Source of the DNA: Vicugna vicugna
Lineage: Eukaryota
Reading direction: 5' to 3'
DNA: 29,292 nucleotides
Assembly (NCBI GenBank): GCA_013265495.1
Contig: MU058451.1
Location: 727,023-756,314 of the forward strand
Made by a program: the position numbers and the translations under genes. Below the pieces are notes generated by a model, which saw only the letters and a program-made list of their open reading frames with translations, was not told where the DNA came from and made no database searches. This document shows, piece by piece, positions 1 through 12,068 of this stretch (the first letter of the stretch is position 1; each line of letters starts with the position of its first letter).

Positions 1-349
1 AAGAAGTAGTGTTCGAGTTTGGATTTAAATGGGGAGCTGAGTGGGTGGGGTGGAAGAGTGACGGGGGAGAGCAGTGTCCTTTACCCTCTTGGTGACTTTG
101 GCCCACTCAGGCAACTCCTGTGGTTGAAATGTTCCACTCCCATCTCCAGGCAGCCTGCAGTTACTTGGAAAAGTAAATCCTCAACTTGGACTTACTGAAA
201 CAATGAAACAAATATTTTGCCTATCTTCTGTTAAGGCAAAAGCTGACTACATCCCATGAAAGATAAGAGGGATAGGTTTTTTCCAAGTTATAAATTTTGT
301 GTTGTGTGGAGAGTGAAGAAAGAGGTTGATTCACGCCACCCGAGGCGTG

Positions 350-578
350 GGGGAGCACGTGGCATGAAAGAACATGTCATGTGCTCGGAGGGAAAAGACC
401 CGGATATGAATCGACCCTGGTCTGTGACTTCCTAGCTGGGTAACCTTAGCAAATTATTTAATCTTTCTGAATTGTAGGTTCTTCATTTCCAAAAGGACAA
501 TATTGTGAGGAGTGGAGAACAATGAAGGTGGACGCACTCCTCAGGGTGCCGGGCCCATGACAACTGGTAGGAAATGTT
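350..578 (+). mobile_element. MIR SINE, degenerate
   Basis: Core-like 'gacttcctagctgggtaaccttagcaaattatttaatctttctgaattgtaggttcttcatttccaaaagg' followed by 'attgtgagga', resembling the recalled MIR core and tail. Confidence 0.7.
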
Positions 579-974
579 CTCCGAATCTCAGTTCTGTCCC
601 TGGCCTTTGCCCTGAGTGAAGCAGGGGAAGCTCTCCCACCGCTGCACCTGAGCGAGTCCTCCTCCGCAAGGTTTGTTAACGGCCCTTTGAAGACTCCGTG
701 TCTTTAATGACCCCTTCTGTGTTTACCTGACACAGCTCTTTCCCCTGCGCATACTTCGCATTCCCCAGTCTTCACTGGGCTGGGGAGAATGTTTGGCAAG
801 CCCAGCCTTCTCTAAGTAACAGAGGACGTTTCGGCCCTGTCTCTTCTTGTGTCTGCGCTCCCGAGTCAGGGCAACCCCTCCCCTTTCTGACTGTCTTGTG
901 TTTGGAGTTGGGAGTGGGGTCTCTTTCTGGTCAAGGAGAATGAGACTAAGACAAGAAGCAGTGGGGAAACGGCA

Positions 975-1512
975 TCATTTCATGACACTGATTTTATCAT
1001 AAGGCCAGGAGGACTGACGGGGGGAGGGGGAGCGTTTTTCGTTTCTGTAATCGTCTCCTCCAGAGGGATAGCAGCAGCGAAAGGAAAATCAAACAGTCTG
1101 CTCCCTTGCCCTGGGCTCCATAATTTGCCTTTTACTTTCTGCATTTTCATATTTGAGTCTGCAAAACAGAGGACCCAAACAATCAGCAACAGATGGCCTT
1201 GTGCAATCTGCACGGGACATGAATTCAGTTAGCATGCAAATTGTCATCCTAGGGCGATTCCAGGGGACTGCTGAAAAGACAGCAGGCTTGCTTTGCAAAA
1301 TAGATAGCATGATTAAAATGTCTGGATCCAATCATATGTTTAATTACAATCCCTTTTTTATCTCAACGACAATGACTGGTAGCTATTATGACACAATATT
1401 GAAAATGTGTATGACGCATGGTGGCACTTGGAAGCTGATAGGTGGTCTGTGTTTGATCAAAATGATCAAAGCTCCTCGCCATGGAGGCCCCCTCTCCTTC
1501 TCTCCCGTCTGA
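975..1512. promoter_or_regulatory. Candidate conserved non-coding element / developmental enhancer
   Basis: No recognisable repeat. Clustered motifs: Sox AAACAAT 1177-1183, E-box CAGATG 1190-1195, octamer ATGCAAAT 1234-1241 abutting TGTCA 1242-1246, CATATG 1333-1338, TAATTA 1341-1346, TCF/LEF GATCAAAG 1464-1471. Function is inferred only. Confidence 0.45.
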
Positions 1513-2389
1513 TCCACTTAGACGAGCAAAATATGATTTACAGGAGACAGTTTATGTGATTTTCATTCCCCAAGAACAGAGGCATAATTTTTACATCACC
1601 ATTTCCCCTAGAAACAATGGGAGCTTGACAATGCTCATCAACACACAGTAACCCACCCCGCACTCCGTGGCTGTCTACAAGGCATCTCTCCTGCTTCAGC
1701 TCTAATTTACTCTCCTATGTTCAAACATTTTTGAATTTTTTTATTGGTATGATCAGAAAAAGACCAAAAAAAAAATTGAAAGTGCTGGGAAGAAACTCTA
1801 TTATTTCATTCTATTCATACAATCAGATTATGTTTTGGGGACTTTAGAGAAAACTGAAAGTGAATTTCTCACAAGATGGTGTGTTGAGTGTGAATTCTAA
1901 TGACTTGGTTGAGGATAAAGATGGAATTTCACTAGGTAACTTGTGGAAGCACTGTCAGCTAAAATTGCTGTTGTGTCTGCTGTGAAAAAGAATTTATATT
2001 GGAATTTTTTTTCCTGCCCTTTAGCTGAAACTCTGGAAGGCAGAGAAATAAGGCACATCAGTAACTTGGTTGGCATGCCTCATTGTGGGGATTTTCCACA
2101 TGTAACCAGCGTTATGGGAGAACTGTTTGCAACAACTTGATGAAAACATCCAGTATTAATTTGGATGACAATTTATCAGATGAAAGTCTTTTATGCATTT
2201 CACAGCTACGTAGTAGTATATTTTTCACTTCTTGAAGGCTATTGGTTAGGTTCGTGTAAAACTTGGGTTGTGGTTTCACATATATTTGCTTCTCTGTTCT
2301 GGCGGTTTCCTGCCCTATCTTGCTCTCCTTTACATTGGTTACTGTTGTGTAAAGAAAACAAAAACATTCTTCACTAGCAATAAGAAATT

Positions 2390-2510
2390 GAGTCAGGTAT
2401 TTCTTGTGCTACTGCTCTGCATACAGTACTGTGCTGGGGGTTGCGAGGGGCTTCGGCTGACTTGTGCAGGCTTGAATTCTGCCCTCAAGGATTTACAGCC
2501 CAGTGTAAGT
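2390..2510 (-). mobile_element. L2 LINE 3' end relic
   Basis: 'gtatttcttgtgctactgctctgcatacagtactgtgctggggg ... ctgccctcaaggatttacagcccagtg' resembles the reverse complement of the L2 3' terminus. Confidence 0.5.
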
Positions 2511-2897
2511 CCACAGTGAGTCAGATCTAAGAAAGAAGCAAAGATAAAGAGATGAATAGAAAGACAGATACGGAGAGATGCGGAGTTGGAGAGGGAGGGA
2601 GGAAGAGAGCTTGGGCAGGAGGGTGGGCAGTGGAAAAGAAATGGTTACAATTCTTTAATCCTATATCGATTGTGTCCAAGGAAGGGAGGAGGGAGCATTC
2701 CAGGGGAAAGCTCACTGTTTACTGCCATAAAGCTTTGGCTCCAAACTCTTGTTGGAATTCTAGCCACAATTGGCTGAGATGGATCCTGGGTGAATCATAA
2801 ACACTGTTTTTGCATCTGCAGCCTAAGGTTTATCCTAAAAATAGGCTGAATGACCTATTTAACTTTTACCCTAGTTCAGCCCTTTAGATTATTTACC

Positions 2898-3015
2898 AGC
2901 AGCTAATATTTACTGAGCTATTATTATGTGCCAGGCATTGTACTAGGTGCTTAATAAATGTTTTCTCATCTAGTCCTCACCGAACTCCCCTTTGAGGTAA
3001 GGATCATTACTCTAT
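2898..3015 (-). mobile_element. MIR SINE 3' part
   Basis: 'agcagctaatatttactgagctattattatgtgccaggcattgtactaggtgctt...ttctcatctagtcctcac...tgaggtaagg' is a typical antisense MIR tail. Confidence 0.8.
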
Positions 3016-3732
3016 AGTAAAAGAGACATGTACTCTATCAAAAAACATCGAACGGAAGCTGTTAGATAATGAAAAGACTGTTTCCTTTGCTGTACTTGGC
3101 ACATACTTTTGGCTTCAGAAACAGCTCTACTGTCTTGATTTGTTCATCTTTGCTGTACTTTCTGTCACCTGGCACTTACAGCTCTAGTAATTAAAGAGGA
3201 ATCAGCAGTTTATGAAAGCACAATAGACTTAGGGGAGGATGGTTTTGTTGAATCAACACAATTTAACTGCAAAATTATCACTGCAAAATCATACACCAGG
3301 GAAATTTTAATGCATAAAGATCATTTTTAAATTAAAGTGCTAAGACCAGAGTTTCAAAGACATTTGTTTTAATGGTGCCCCATTAGCTGTGTAAAAAAAG
3401 ACCCCAAAACTTTTGAGTCACTATTTTATCTTACAAAAGTTAAATATTCTTTGTAGACAGGAACTCTCTGTTAAAGTAATATTTGACATCTCCTGAATCA
3501 AAAATACTTTACAATGAAAGGCTGACATCTGTTTACTATATAAAAAAGGCTGCTGTGTATTTTTACTAGCAGAATTTTCCTTTAATAAGGCAGCCAAAAG
3601 TCATCTACACACACCAAACCAATTTACAACCAAGACCTGTTGAATACCAACACAGCATCACATGTGCCTAGCAATCCATTTTTCCAGTATTACTCTGATT
3701 TGGTACTGAATTTGTATAGGAAATACGGTGGG

Positions 3733-3777
3733 GTTTTTTTTGCTTTTTTTTTGTTTTTTGTTTGTTTGTTGTTTTTT
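3733..3777 (+). repeat. T-rich low-complexity tract, (TTTG)n-like
   Basis: T runs punctuated by G (and one C), directly visible. Confidence 0.8.
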
Positions 3778-6566
3778 GGAAAGGATATAACAGTAATAAA
3801 AAGGCCTGGGTTAATTATTAATTTGGTGAGCTTTAATCTTTTCAGTGCTCTCAACTTTAATTTCATTATGTTAGTAGTTAATCTTCCTTATTTAAGATCA
3901 AACTACAACTGAGCTCTTTTTATATTTTTCAATCAAGTAGTAGCAAAATCTGTATGTTTGGCCAATTCCACCTGAGATCATCTGTCTAGGTCACTGCAAT
4001 TAGGAAGAGACCAGACAGAAGGCAGTCAACTTGGTAAAGAGTTTAAATCTGTGTGTAATCTCACACAGGTGCTGCTTCCTGTGCTCTGGAAAATCCCTCA
4101 TCACTAAACAGGCCAACTGAGCCACACCTGGGCTTAAGCAGAACATCTGGACCTACTCTTTCCTACTCGCTCATGTTCTCCAAATCGTCCCTGAACACAT
4201 GGCGCTTTAGCGCAAGTCTGACACCAGAGATTTGTAAGCCCTACGTGCACTGCCAAATCCAGTTTGATACAAAACACAGCTACCTTTTTTGAATCAAATA
4301 CATTACAGATATGATACTCCTGTCATATATTTCAATTAGTCAAGCCTCAGGTAATTATGGGGGTCATTTCTGCCACTAGTAATAAATTTCATAATGGCAT
4401 TAACAATTAAATGGGGAATTTTAAGGAAGGTTGAAGCCCAACATCTATTAAAGGCCCTAGCTAGCTTCAATGGCCGTGTGCTCTTTGTCTTCTAGTCATA
4501 TAGCCATTGGTTGGGAAAGTCCTGAAAATTAAATATGGGTTTAGTTATTATTGACGAGATGCTAGTTTTAGTGGGTCTCAGTTTCCTTAAGAAAAAACAC
4601 ATATCTGTTAAACTCTAAATATCTAATTTTTGCTTAATGGAGCTTACTTAATCCTTAGACTTACAGTTATGGGAGGCTTTGTAATTAATTAATAACTATG
4701 TATTGTTGGTATACTCTGGGCCTAGCATTATGCTGGAATAACTGAATTTAGAGTGATCAAGCAAGCTGTCAGTGTACTTTGTGTGGCTTTACAGGTGGCC
4801 TTCCAGTAAGCGCTTTCTGTGGAATTTTGGCATTTCAACTGAGGTACATGTCAGGGATGGGTAGGGTGAAGAATGAATGGTATGGAGTAGGTATGCCTTT
4901 TATGGCTCCCATAAATGATGCAGAAACAATGGGGATTGTGTGGAGGAGGTCCTTAATATATGTGTACACTTCGATAAACACGTATGAATACTTCTTCAAG
5001 TGTTAACATTATGAACTGCTGATCAATTCATAACATTGAATTTATTACACTTGCAATGCTGTTATGTTTATTGTTTGAATTCCTTGGACTCAGTTGCTGT
5101 TAGTCAAATTCACTGTCTCCAAGAATGCTTGGAGGTAAAGAGGTAGGAGCGATTGGGGATTGAGGGCATCGTGGGATGAAGGACGTGATGGAGTAGGAGG
5201 GGCACAGAGAGCACCTGTCACTCATACTAATGGGTAGTAGTCTAGAAGGCAGGCCCTGAAATGCTCACGAGGCAGTTTCAACTCTGAGGGGGTATTGCTA
5301 GTTTAGCAGAAAGCTCTGAAGCACCAAATGATACCTTATATTCCTGAAGGATTGAGATCGAGAGAGAGGGACTCTACAGGGTACCTTTGGAATTCAAGGT
5401 AGCTTGAATCTGGTCCAGATGTTCCTGAGCAGAGCTAATGGGAGGGCTGCCTGGATGAACAGGTGTATATGCCTTGATCTGGTAGTGATGCAACTTGACA
5501 TTGAATCAGACTCAAGTGCCTGTTGGCACTGGAGCCTAGTCACTCAAATAATGGAAGTACTTAATTTTTTTTTCCAAAAGTTTCTCTGCAGTGTGGTTTG
5601 TTTTTGGTTGAGTGGCTGCATAGATATGATAGTGAATGTATAAAAGAAATAGGCTTTCAGGTTTAAGAATTTTTGTAAAATTTACTTTGCTTTCAAAATA
5701 ATCAAAATTGTCATAGGTTTTTTCTCTGAACCTCCTATTTTGTGATGTGAATGGATAAATCACCCAGATCAAAGTTAAAGTTTTCTTGTATCAATTTCTT
5801 GTCTCTAGAATCAGCAGGGATAATTAGGAATTGAAAGAATTGCAGAGAGCCTGGGAAGTGGAGGAGAAGAGGAAAGGCTTTCATGAAGAGAAAAGTAGGC
5901 AAAGCATGAGCACCCAAAAGTGGAAGCTGATGTATTCTAGAACATATGCATAAAGTTGGCCTTTATAAGATTATCAAGAAATGTAAAGGATTGGAAAAAG
6001 CAGCTAATGTTCAAAGCTAACAGTTTGGAGAGAAATGGCTCCTACAAGGGGAAGATGTGATATAATACAGACATAGGATACCTGCCCTAAAATTGTGTGA
6101 AGGTCAAAGAATTTTTGGCAGGGAGAAATAAGTTCTGAAATAGATACCTAATGGAGAGGTGATGGGAGCTTCCAAAGACGTAAAGTGGAGTAACCCAGGT
6201 TGTAAATAATGGGGGTAACACATTGACCGAGGAGTAGGAAATGAGTTTTGTGAAGGCAGGGGTCATGGCAGGAAATATTTGATTTCCCAACTCTGGCCCA
6301 AAGCTTGGCACACAGTGGGTAATTGGTGCTTGAAGAGTGAGCAGAGCGGTAAAGATGTAAAAATCAGGCAAAATTAGCAAGGATGGGAGAGCGTTTGTTA
6401 GGCAGTAGGATAAAAACAAAGACAAAGAAGATGATTTTCTGAATAAAAGAAACTGTAAGAGTGAACACAAATTTGCCTTTTTATGAATGAAATTTAGGTT
6501 GGAATAGCTAATCCTGAAACTTTCTTGGGAAATATCTTTCTAAGTTTCAGATCGTGTTTTCCAATT

Positions 6567-6598
6567 GTCACCTGAGAATATAGTCACCTGAGAATATA
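6567..6598 (+). repeat. Perfect 16-bp tandem duplication (GTCACCTGAGAATATA)x2
   Basis: 6567-6582 and 6583-6598 are identical. Confidence 0.95.
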
Positions 6599-7978
6599 AA
6601 CACAAGATAAAATTAAATGGCCCTATCAAGTAGTTTAGCTGAATATCATTCAAATCTGTGACTGACAGCTATATCCCACATGTTTCTACAGCCATAGAGG
6701 AAGGAGCTGATCATACTTGCCATCTCACTGCCCAGTAGTACCTCATTGATTTCAAGTTTGTTGAACACATAAATTATTTTGATGAGACTACAGAATGCTT
6801 TTCTTTTGCACTCACTTTCTAAAAATGAGAGTATATATAAATTTTTTCTATATAGGATCCAAGTGAGAGATACCTTCTTTTTCTTTTTTTATTTTGCTAT
6901 CATCTACTCTTCCTGGTGCTGTAAATAAGATATTTTATGGATGGGGACAAATAAGGAAGGATTTGGTGAGTTAAGGGACCTGAGTCTAGAATTTTAATGA
7001 AACTGTTGGAAATGATTCACCATCATCCTTATTCAGGAGACAAAGCAGGACAAAGAGCCTAAAGTGAAACAGTAAGGAACCTAGCTCTTAATTTTGGTGT
7101 TTACTGCAAGGATTGATCTAGAGGTATTATGAAGAGCAAAATGTTCTGGGTCTTTATTCTTTCATAAGCCATGCGGGAGGCTGCCTGGGAAACTTTTCCT
7201 CCCTGATGTGGCTGGTGGAGGTTCACGCCAGCAGCTCGGTTGAATAGCTGCCTCCCCGTGCTGGATCCAATAAAGAGATCAAGCTCTTCACTTTCTCTTA
7301 GGATTTTTAGTGGAACACAGGTTGGTCTCAGAGCTATTTTTTTATGTTTTTGTTAAATCTCTGAGGTTGAGGTTGATTAACTTTTAGATTAAGCTACACT
7401 CTGAAATGAAGTTTAAAATGTCTTAACCTTCGAATAGGGATGGAATTCTCACCAGTCATTATTAGAATTCACTGATGTTACAAATTTGTAGACGGATGTT
7501 ATCCATTAAGGTGAAAGCAGAAAGAGGCTATAAAGTTGACTCAGAAGGCTAAGTACTTTACCTTCAGGGAAGCACATATAAAAATCTGTTCTGAACTATA
7601 TATATAGTAATAGTTAAAGCTCTGAACACCTGGTTCTTAACTGGCCAGGCAGAGTCATATAAAATACTGACATACCTTCTACTTACTGTTATTTTGATCT
7701 TTAGGCAGGTTACTGTTTTTATTATGCATGCTTAGGAATTTAGTCTCAGTGATCAGCCAACCCAGAGGGCATTTAGTGAATGCCAACCTTGTGCTAGCAC
7801 AAGCCTAGGATGAAGTCTGGTCCTAGGTCAGGACTAGATTTCTCAGTACCTGCCTTGGTCTAGGTCTTGGACTAATGGCAATAATGGTTAAGTTCAGTAG
7901 TTCTTAACACCTTTTCTCAGCGTTTTGACAAGTTGACATTTTTCAGACAATTCAAAATCTGCAAAGCACTCCATGCCT

Positions 7979-8200
7979 GGCTCAGTTAGCTGTGCTGGTT
8001 GGCAACATGGCACTAATGAGGCCAAGTTTCAATTCCCTGGTTGTTTTGAAGGTGAAAAACTGTCCCATAACCCCGGGCTGTATCTCTAACACTGCGTAGT
8101 TTCTTGATTTGCCAACAATTGTCATGTTTCAGTAGGAGGACTCCTCTGGAGAGAATGGAACTCAGGGAAGAATAAAGTTCATGCCCTGTGATGATAATTC
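7979..8200 (+). mobile_element. Ancient tRNA-derived SINE, MamSINE1-like
   Basis: Head 'ggctcagttagctgtgctggttggcaacatggcactaatgaggccaagtttcaattccct' resembles a tRNA-Ile(AAT)-like head. It is followed by 'gaaaaactgtcccataaccccgggctgtatctctaacactg', similar to the recalled MamSINE1 body. Confidence 0.55.
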
Positions 8201-8324
8201 AGTAGTAACACCTCTGTCAATAAGCATCATCCTAGTTAGGGTGACCATAGATGGGACAGAGTGGAACCCAAGATGATCATCATAAAAACCCAGTTTTCAT
8301 CTGTGTAATGGAATGTATGGAACA

Positions 8325-8545
8325 CAGTAACTGATTTTCATTGAGCACTTTCTGTCTATCTGCTTTTGCTCTAAGCTTTTAAAATATGCATCAACTTATT
8401 TAATCTTCATAGCAATCCTATGAAGCAGGTGCTTTCAATAGCCCTATTTTATTTATAAGGAAATTGAGGGATACAGACCTTCATCAGGTTGCTCCAAGTG
8501 CATACAGGCAGGCTGATCCCAGAGCTCTTGTATTCACCTCTGCAC
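8325..8545 (-). mobile_element. MIR SINE
   Basis: 'cattgagcacttt...acttatttaatcttcatagcaatcctatgaagcaggtgct...ccctattttatttataaggaaattgaggg' matches an antisense MIR tail and core. Confidence 0.8.
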
Positions 8546-8989
8546 CCAACACAGGCACTGCTTAGAGAGGAAATGTATTAGCCTGCCAGTTAGCTTTCAA
8601 ACAGATGAGAGCTACTGAAGGACAAACTCCCAGCTCACTGGTCAATGGTAGCTACATAATGTTTTTGACTGTTGCTGGACCACTAAATTCACCCATTAGC
8701 TAAAATTAATTTATGAAATTTTCATCCTTTCAACACTTATGACACCTTAAACTAAGAAAACGTGGTCTTGAATGTTACTTTGCAAATGTTCTTGGGTGTT
8801 TTTGAAAAAGCCTTCTAAATTATCCGTCCAACAAAGCATCGTGTAAGTTATCGTGAAAAATTGAACTAGACATTTGAAAATCAAAGTAAAAGACATGGTC
8901 TCCCATTGACCCCAACTTTCCAACAGTCTGTTCCTATCCAAATGTCCTTGCTTTTATGCTTGGAATGACAATCACTCTTATTCTTTAAT

Positions 8990-9620
8990 CTGCTGCAGTG
9001 TGCTTTTCTATCCTACTGAAATAAATTCCCTGCAGAGCATCATTCCTCTCCTGTAAGGTAACTCTGCCTTCTCTGGGTCCTTGTGGTTTTGCTTGCCCTC
9101 TCCCTAGTATTTGCTCTTTCTCCTTAATCCAGCTCATGTATTCATGATGCTATGCCATGCCATACCATCTAAGTTTCTATGACCTCTCCTGTCTGTTTCT
9201 CTCACTCAGCCTGGCCCTGACATAGGTATTGCCTTCACTTCTTGTCCTTAGCGCTCTCTTCTCCTCATACTGTGCTCTCACCCTGCGTGATCTTATTTTC
9301 ATTTGTGTATCTGACAGGGACTTGTAGATGGGAGATGCCAAAATCGAATCTGTGCAGCATTGAATTCTCTTCTAAGGTATTTGCCCATCTCCTTGCTATT
9401 CCTTTTCCTTCTGGTTGGCCTACGAACATTTCAGATTCAATTTGTCCAAACTGTGCGCCTGTCTCCAGACTGTTCTTGAATTTATGCCTTTCCAAGCTGG
9501 AAATCTGACTTATCCGTGGCTGTTATCTTTATTCTCTACTTCCAAGGGTTTGCCAAGTCCTGTTGATTCTATTTCTAAAAGCCTTTTGGAATCAGTCTGT
9601 TTTCCAATTCTATTTGTAAG
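8990..9620 (+). mobile_element. L2 LINE internal (late ORF2) relic
   Basis: Pyrimidine-rich. 'catttcagattcaatttgtccaaactg' and 'gccaagtcctgttgattctatttctaaaagccttttggaatcagtc' match recalled L2 landmarks (cacctcaaactcaacatgtccaaaac; accaagtcctgtcgattctacctcctaaa). Confidence 0.7.
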
Positions 9621-9637
9621 GTCATAGTTGAGACTTC

Positions 9638-9740
9638 TCATCCAAAATTACTGAGCACCTACTCTGTGTCAGGCATTGGGCTAGAAGTACAAATGTAGAT
9701 AAAGGATCATTCCTGCATCAGGGATGCTAAAATCCTAACA
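9638..9740 (-). mobile_element. L2 LINE 3' end relic
   Basis: 'attactgagcacctactctgtgtcaggcattgggctag...ttcctgcatcagggatgctaaaatccta' is an antisense L2 terminus. Confidence 0.75.
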
Positions 9741-9841
9741 CCATGGAACAAATGATTCATAGAATTGAGACTAGAGCTCTTTCTGTTTGCAGAGGCCAAG
9801 GATATATTCAAGAGTTGCGGGGGAGGGGGGCGCGGTGTGGG

Positions 9842-9869
9842 GAGAGAGAGAGAGAGCACGAGAGAGAAA
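9842..9869 (+). repeat. (GA)n microsatellite, interrupted
   Basis: gagagagagagagagcacgagagagaaa, preceded by G runs. Confidence 0.85.
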
Positions 9870-11269
9870 GGAATTCAGAGGATTTGTGGCAGTATTAGTC
9901 AACCTTGTCTCTAGGCAGCCATGACCTCCCAGTTTCCATTAACCCACACTCCTCTGGCCACACTGACTAGGGCTCTTTCTTACATAATCCTTCCCACCAG
10001 GTCTGTTGCCTTCCCATTGGTCTCCAAGTCACCAGAGGAGCTGTTCTGTGTCAGGAGATAAAGGTGCTTATGCTTCAGGGGCTAGGATGAGACTTGTTCA
10101 ATTCCAAGAATTGGGAAATACAAATACAATTCTTTAAGGAAAATCAGGTTTCTAATGTAAAATATTCAGTTACTTTGACATATTTACTATGATTCTTATT
10201 CCTAAAGAAACAGATAAAAGAGTAAATGGAACAAACATTTCAGCTATTGTTTTGTTCATATGATCTTTAGTGTACCCAAGGATATTAATTTTGGGAAAAT
10301 TTTCAGTTACCAATTGCATTCAGTGTGGGTTTTATTTACTTATTAATATAATGAAACTCTCAGTTTTCTGTTTTGCCAAAATGTGTAATCCAAAGTGAAA
10401 GTTATAATTTCTTAACATTATACAGTGTTCTAGAGGCTCTCTGGACATAAATATTATTTCAGTGTTGTCTATTTTGAAACTATAATATTACCAACAGAGC
10501 AAAGATATTAATCCTAAAATTATTATTCTGCTTTAAGGGTAGGTATATTTTAAAATTTTTATTTGATGAAAACATCACCCTATTCTTCTGTAGAACACAG
10601 AAAAAAATTAGGAACTAAAATATAGTTTACTGAGAAAAGTTGCTAGTCGTCTTGGTACGTGGACAAAGTACTCACAGTTCTCTTTGAACATTTAAAAGTC
10701 TGTTGTACCATGCTCTGGACAAGCTTTTAGGTTTAAAAAAAGTTGGCTAATTGACCTATTTTAAACTCTTCTCACTATGTCCCCAGTCTGAAGACCAGAG
10801 TGCTTTTCTAAAGAGCTGGATTTTTTATGAGGTGTTAAATCAACATTGCCAAATGTGACTTTGTGGAGCTCTCTGCATCCTCATAGTAGAGTGATGCAGG
10901 CTACTTGATCATTTGTGTATCTTTAATAGCCCATGATTAACCCTTCTTATAAGGAAATGTGTGTGATGGCTTGGTTATATATAAATCATCATGAATAGAA
11001 TGCATTTGTATTTATGTAGGACCAAGGCCAGGAACCCTTCCATGTATCCATTTATATTTGTTCTGCAGACTTAAAAATGTTGGCAGGACAGACTGCATGC
11101 ACGGCATCTTGAGTAGTGATGCATTCTTGATACACTGATGAAGAAAAATGGGTAAACCAGCTTAGGTTTCTTAGATTTTTGTGGGGGGAGGAGAAGGACT
11201 TTGTTTCCAGAGTACAGTAGTAATAATCTCTTACCTCCACATAGTCCTTTCCATTTCCCTGTGTGAATT

Positions 11270-11430
11270 ATCCCATATTCACTGCCATGATCCTCACAGC
11301 TTCCCTGAGAGCTGAGAAAGGCAGATGAGACCCTCAGTTCGTCGTGGAGGAAACCATACCCAGGAACATTTGCTTGAAAATGTACTGAAAGTGGCCCTCA
11401 AGTCCATTGTCCTTACTAGTCCTTTCATTA
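11270..11430 (-). mobile_element. MIR-family SINE, highly degenerate
   Basis: 'gatcctcacagcttccctgagagctgagaaaggcagatg...gaggaaacc' resembles antisense MIR/MIR3. Confidence 0.5.
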
Positions 11431-11959
11431 CAGGAGTCTCAGTGTGGTCTCAGGAAGTTTGAGAAGAAAAAGCTTTCAAAAAACTTTAATCTGTAGCACT
11501 TGGTTGCTCAGGCCCTAGACCAAGCTGGTGGTTCATTTTTCTGTAATTGGGAATTTGATGACAGAAATCTAGCCTGAGGAGAGTATGGGAATGCCTGGCA
11601 GAGGCAAAGAGGACATTTAGGTATTGATGGAATTGATGGAAGTGGAGGAGAAAGAGAACTCCAGTAAATATTTTAATGATTCCCAAGTGAATTTTTAAAG
11701 TTTAGATTCCAAATACATTGAAGCCTCGTTATAACATTGTTTTTGAGACTTATGCTTTAGAATGAACTTAGAGGTATTTCGAAATCTTGACCCTTTTTGG
11801 GTGAAGTCTCAATTTTCATAATTTAATGAAGAATGTTATAGTCATAGCTTAATAGTAAGGCTATGCCTACTTTCTCAATAAAATAGCATTTCTTTCTTTT
11901 GAAAGTATTTGCTAAATGAAGAGGAATAAATTCTTCTCTTCTTTCTCTTGTTGTATGGA

Positions 11960-12068
11960 TATTTGTGTGTGTCTTGTCCTTCTAATCTAAACTGTAAATT
12001 CCAAAAAAATGGGAGCTAAATATTATACATACTACTCATATAATAAATATTTGTCGAGTTAAATGATT
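11960..12068 (+). mobile_element. L2 LINE 3' end relic
   Basis: 'tgtcttgtccttctaatctaaactgtaaattcc...aataaatatttgtcgagttaaatga' is an L2 terminus pattern. Confidence 0.6.

Noticed and set aside
759..809. Small alternative hairpins (cattccccagtc / gctggggagaatg; ggctggg / cccagcc)
   Set aside because: The stems are too short for a pre-miRNA or structured RNA and are expected by chance in GC-richer sequence.
1153..1512. 119-aa ORF overlapping the motif-dense block
   Set aside because: It has a TTG start and no recognisable protein features, and is better explained as non-coding regulatory sequence.
7979..8040. Possible tRNA-Ile gene
   Set aside because: It is shortened and mismatched, cannot form a full cloverleaf, and continues into a SINE-like body.
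8237..8260. TAGGGTGACCATA resembling a hAT-Blackjack (MER94/MER81-type) terminal repeat
   Set aside because: Only ~13 bp match, and I found no partner TIR or element body.
9540..9740. Opposed L2 fragments as a miR-28/miR-151-type hairpin source
   Set aside because: The + copy stops well before the L2 3' terminus, so the two pieces are not complementary.
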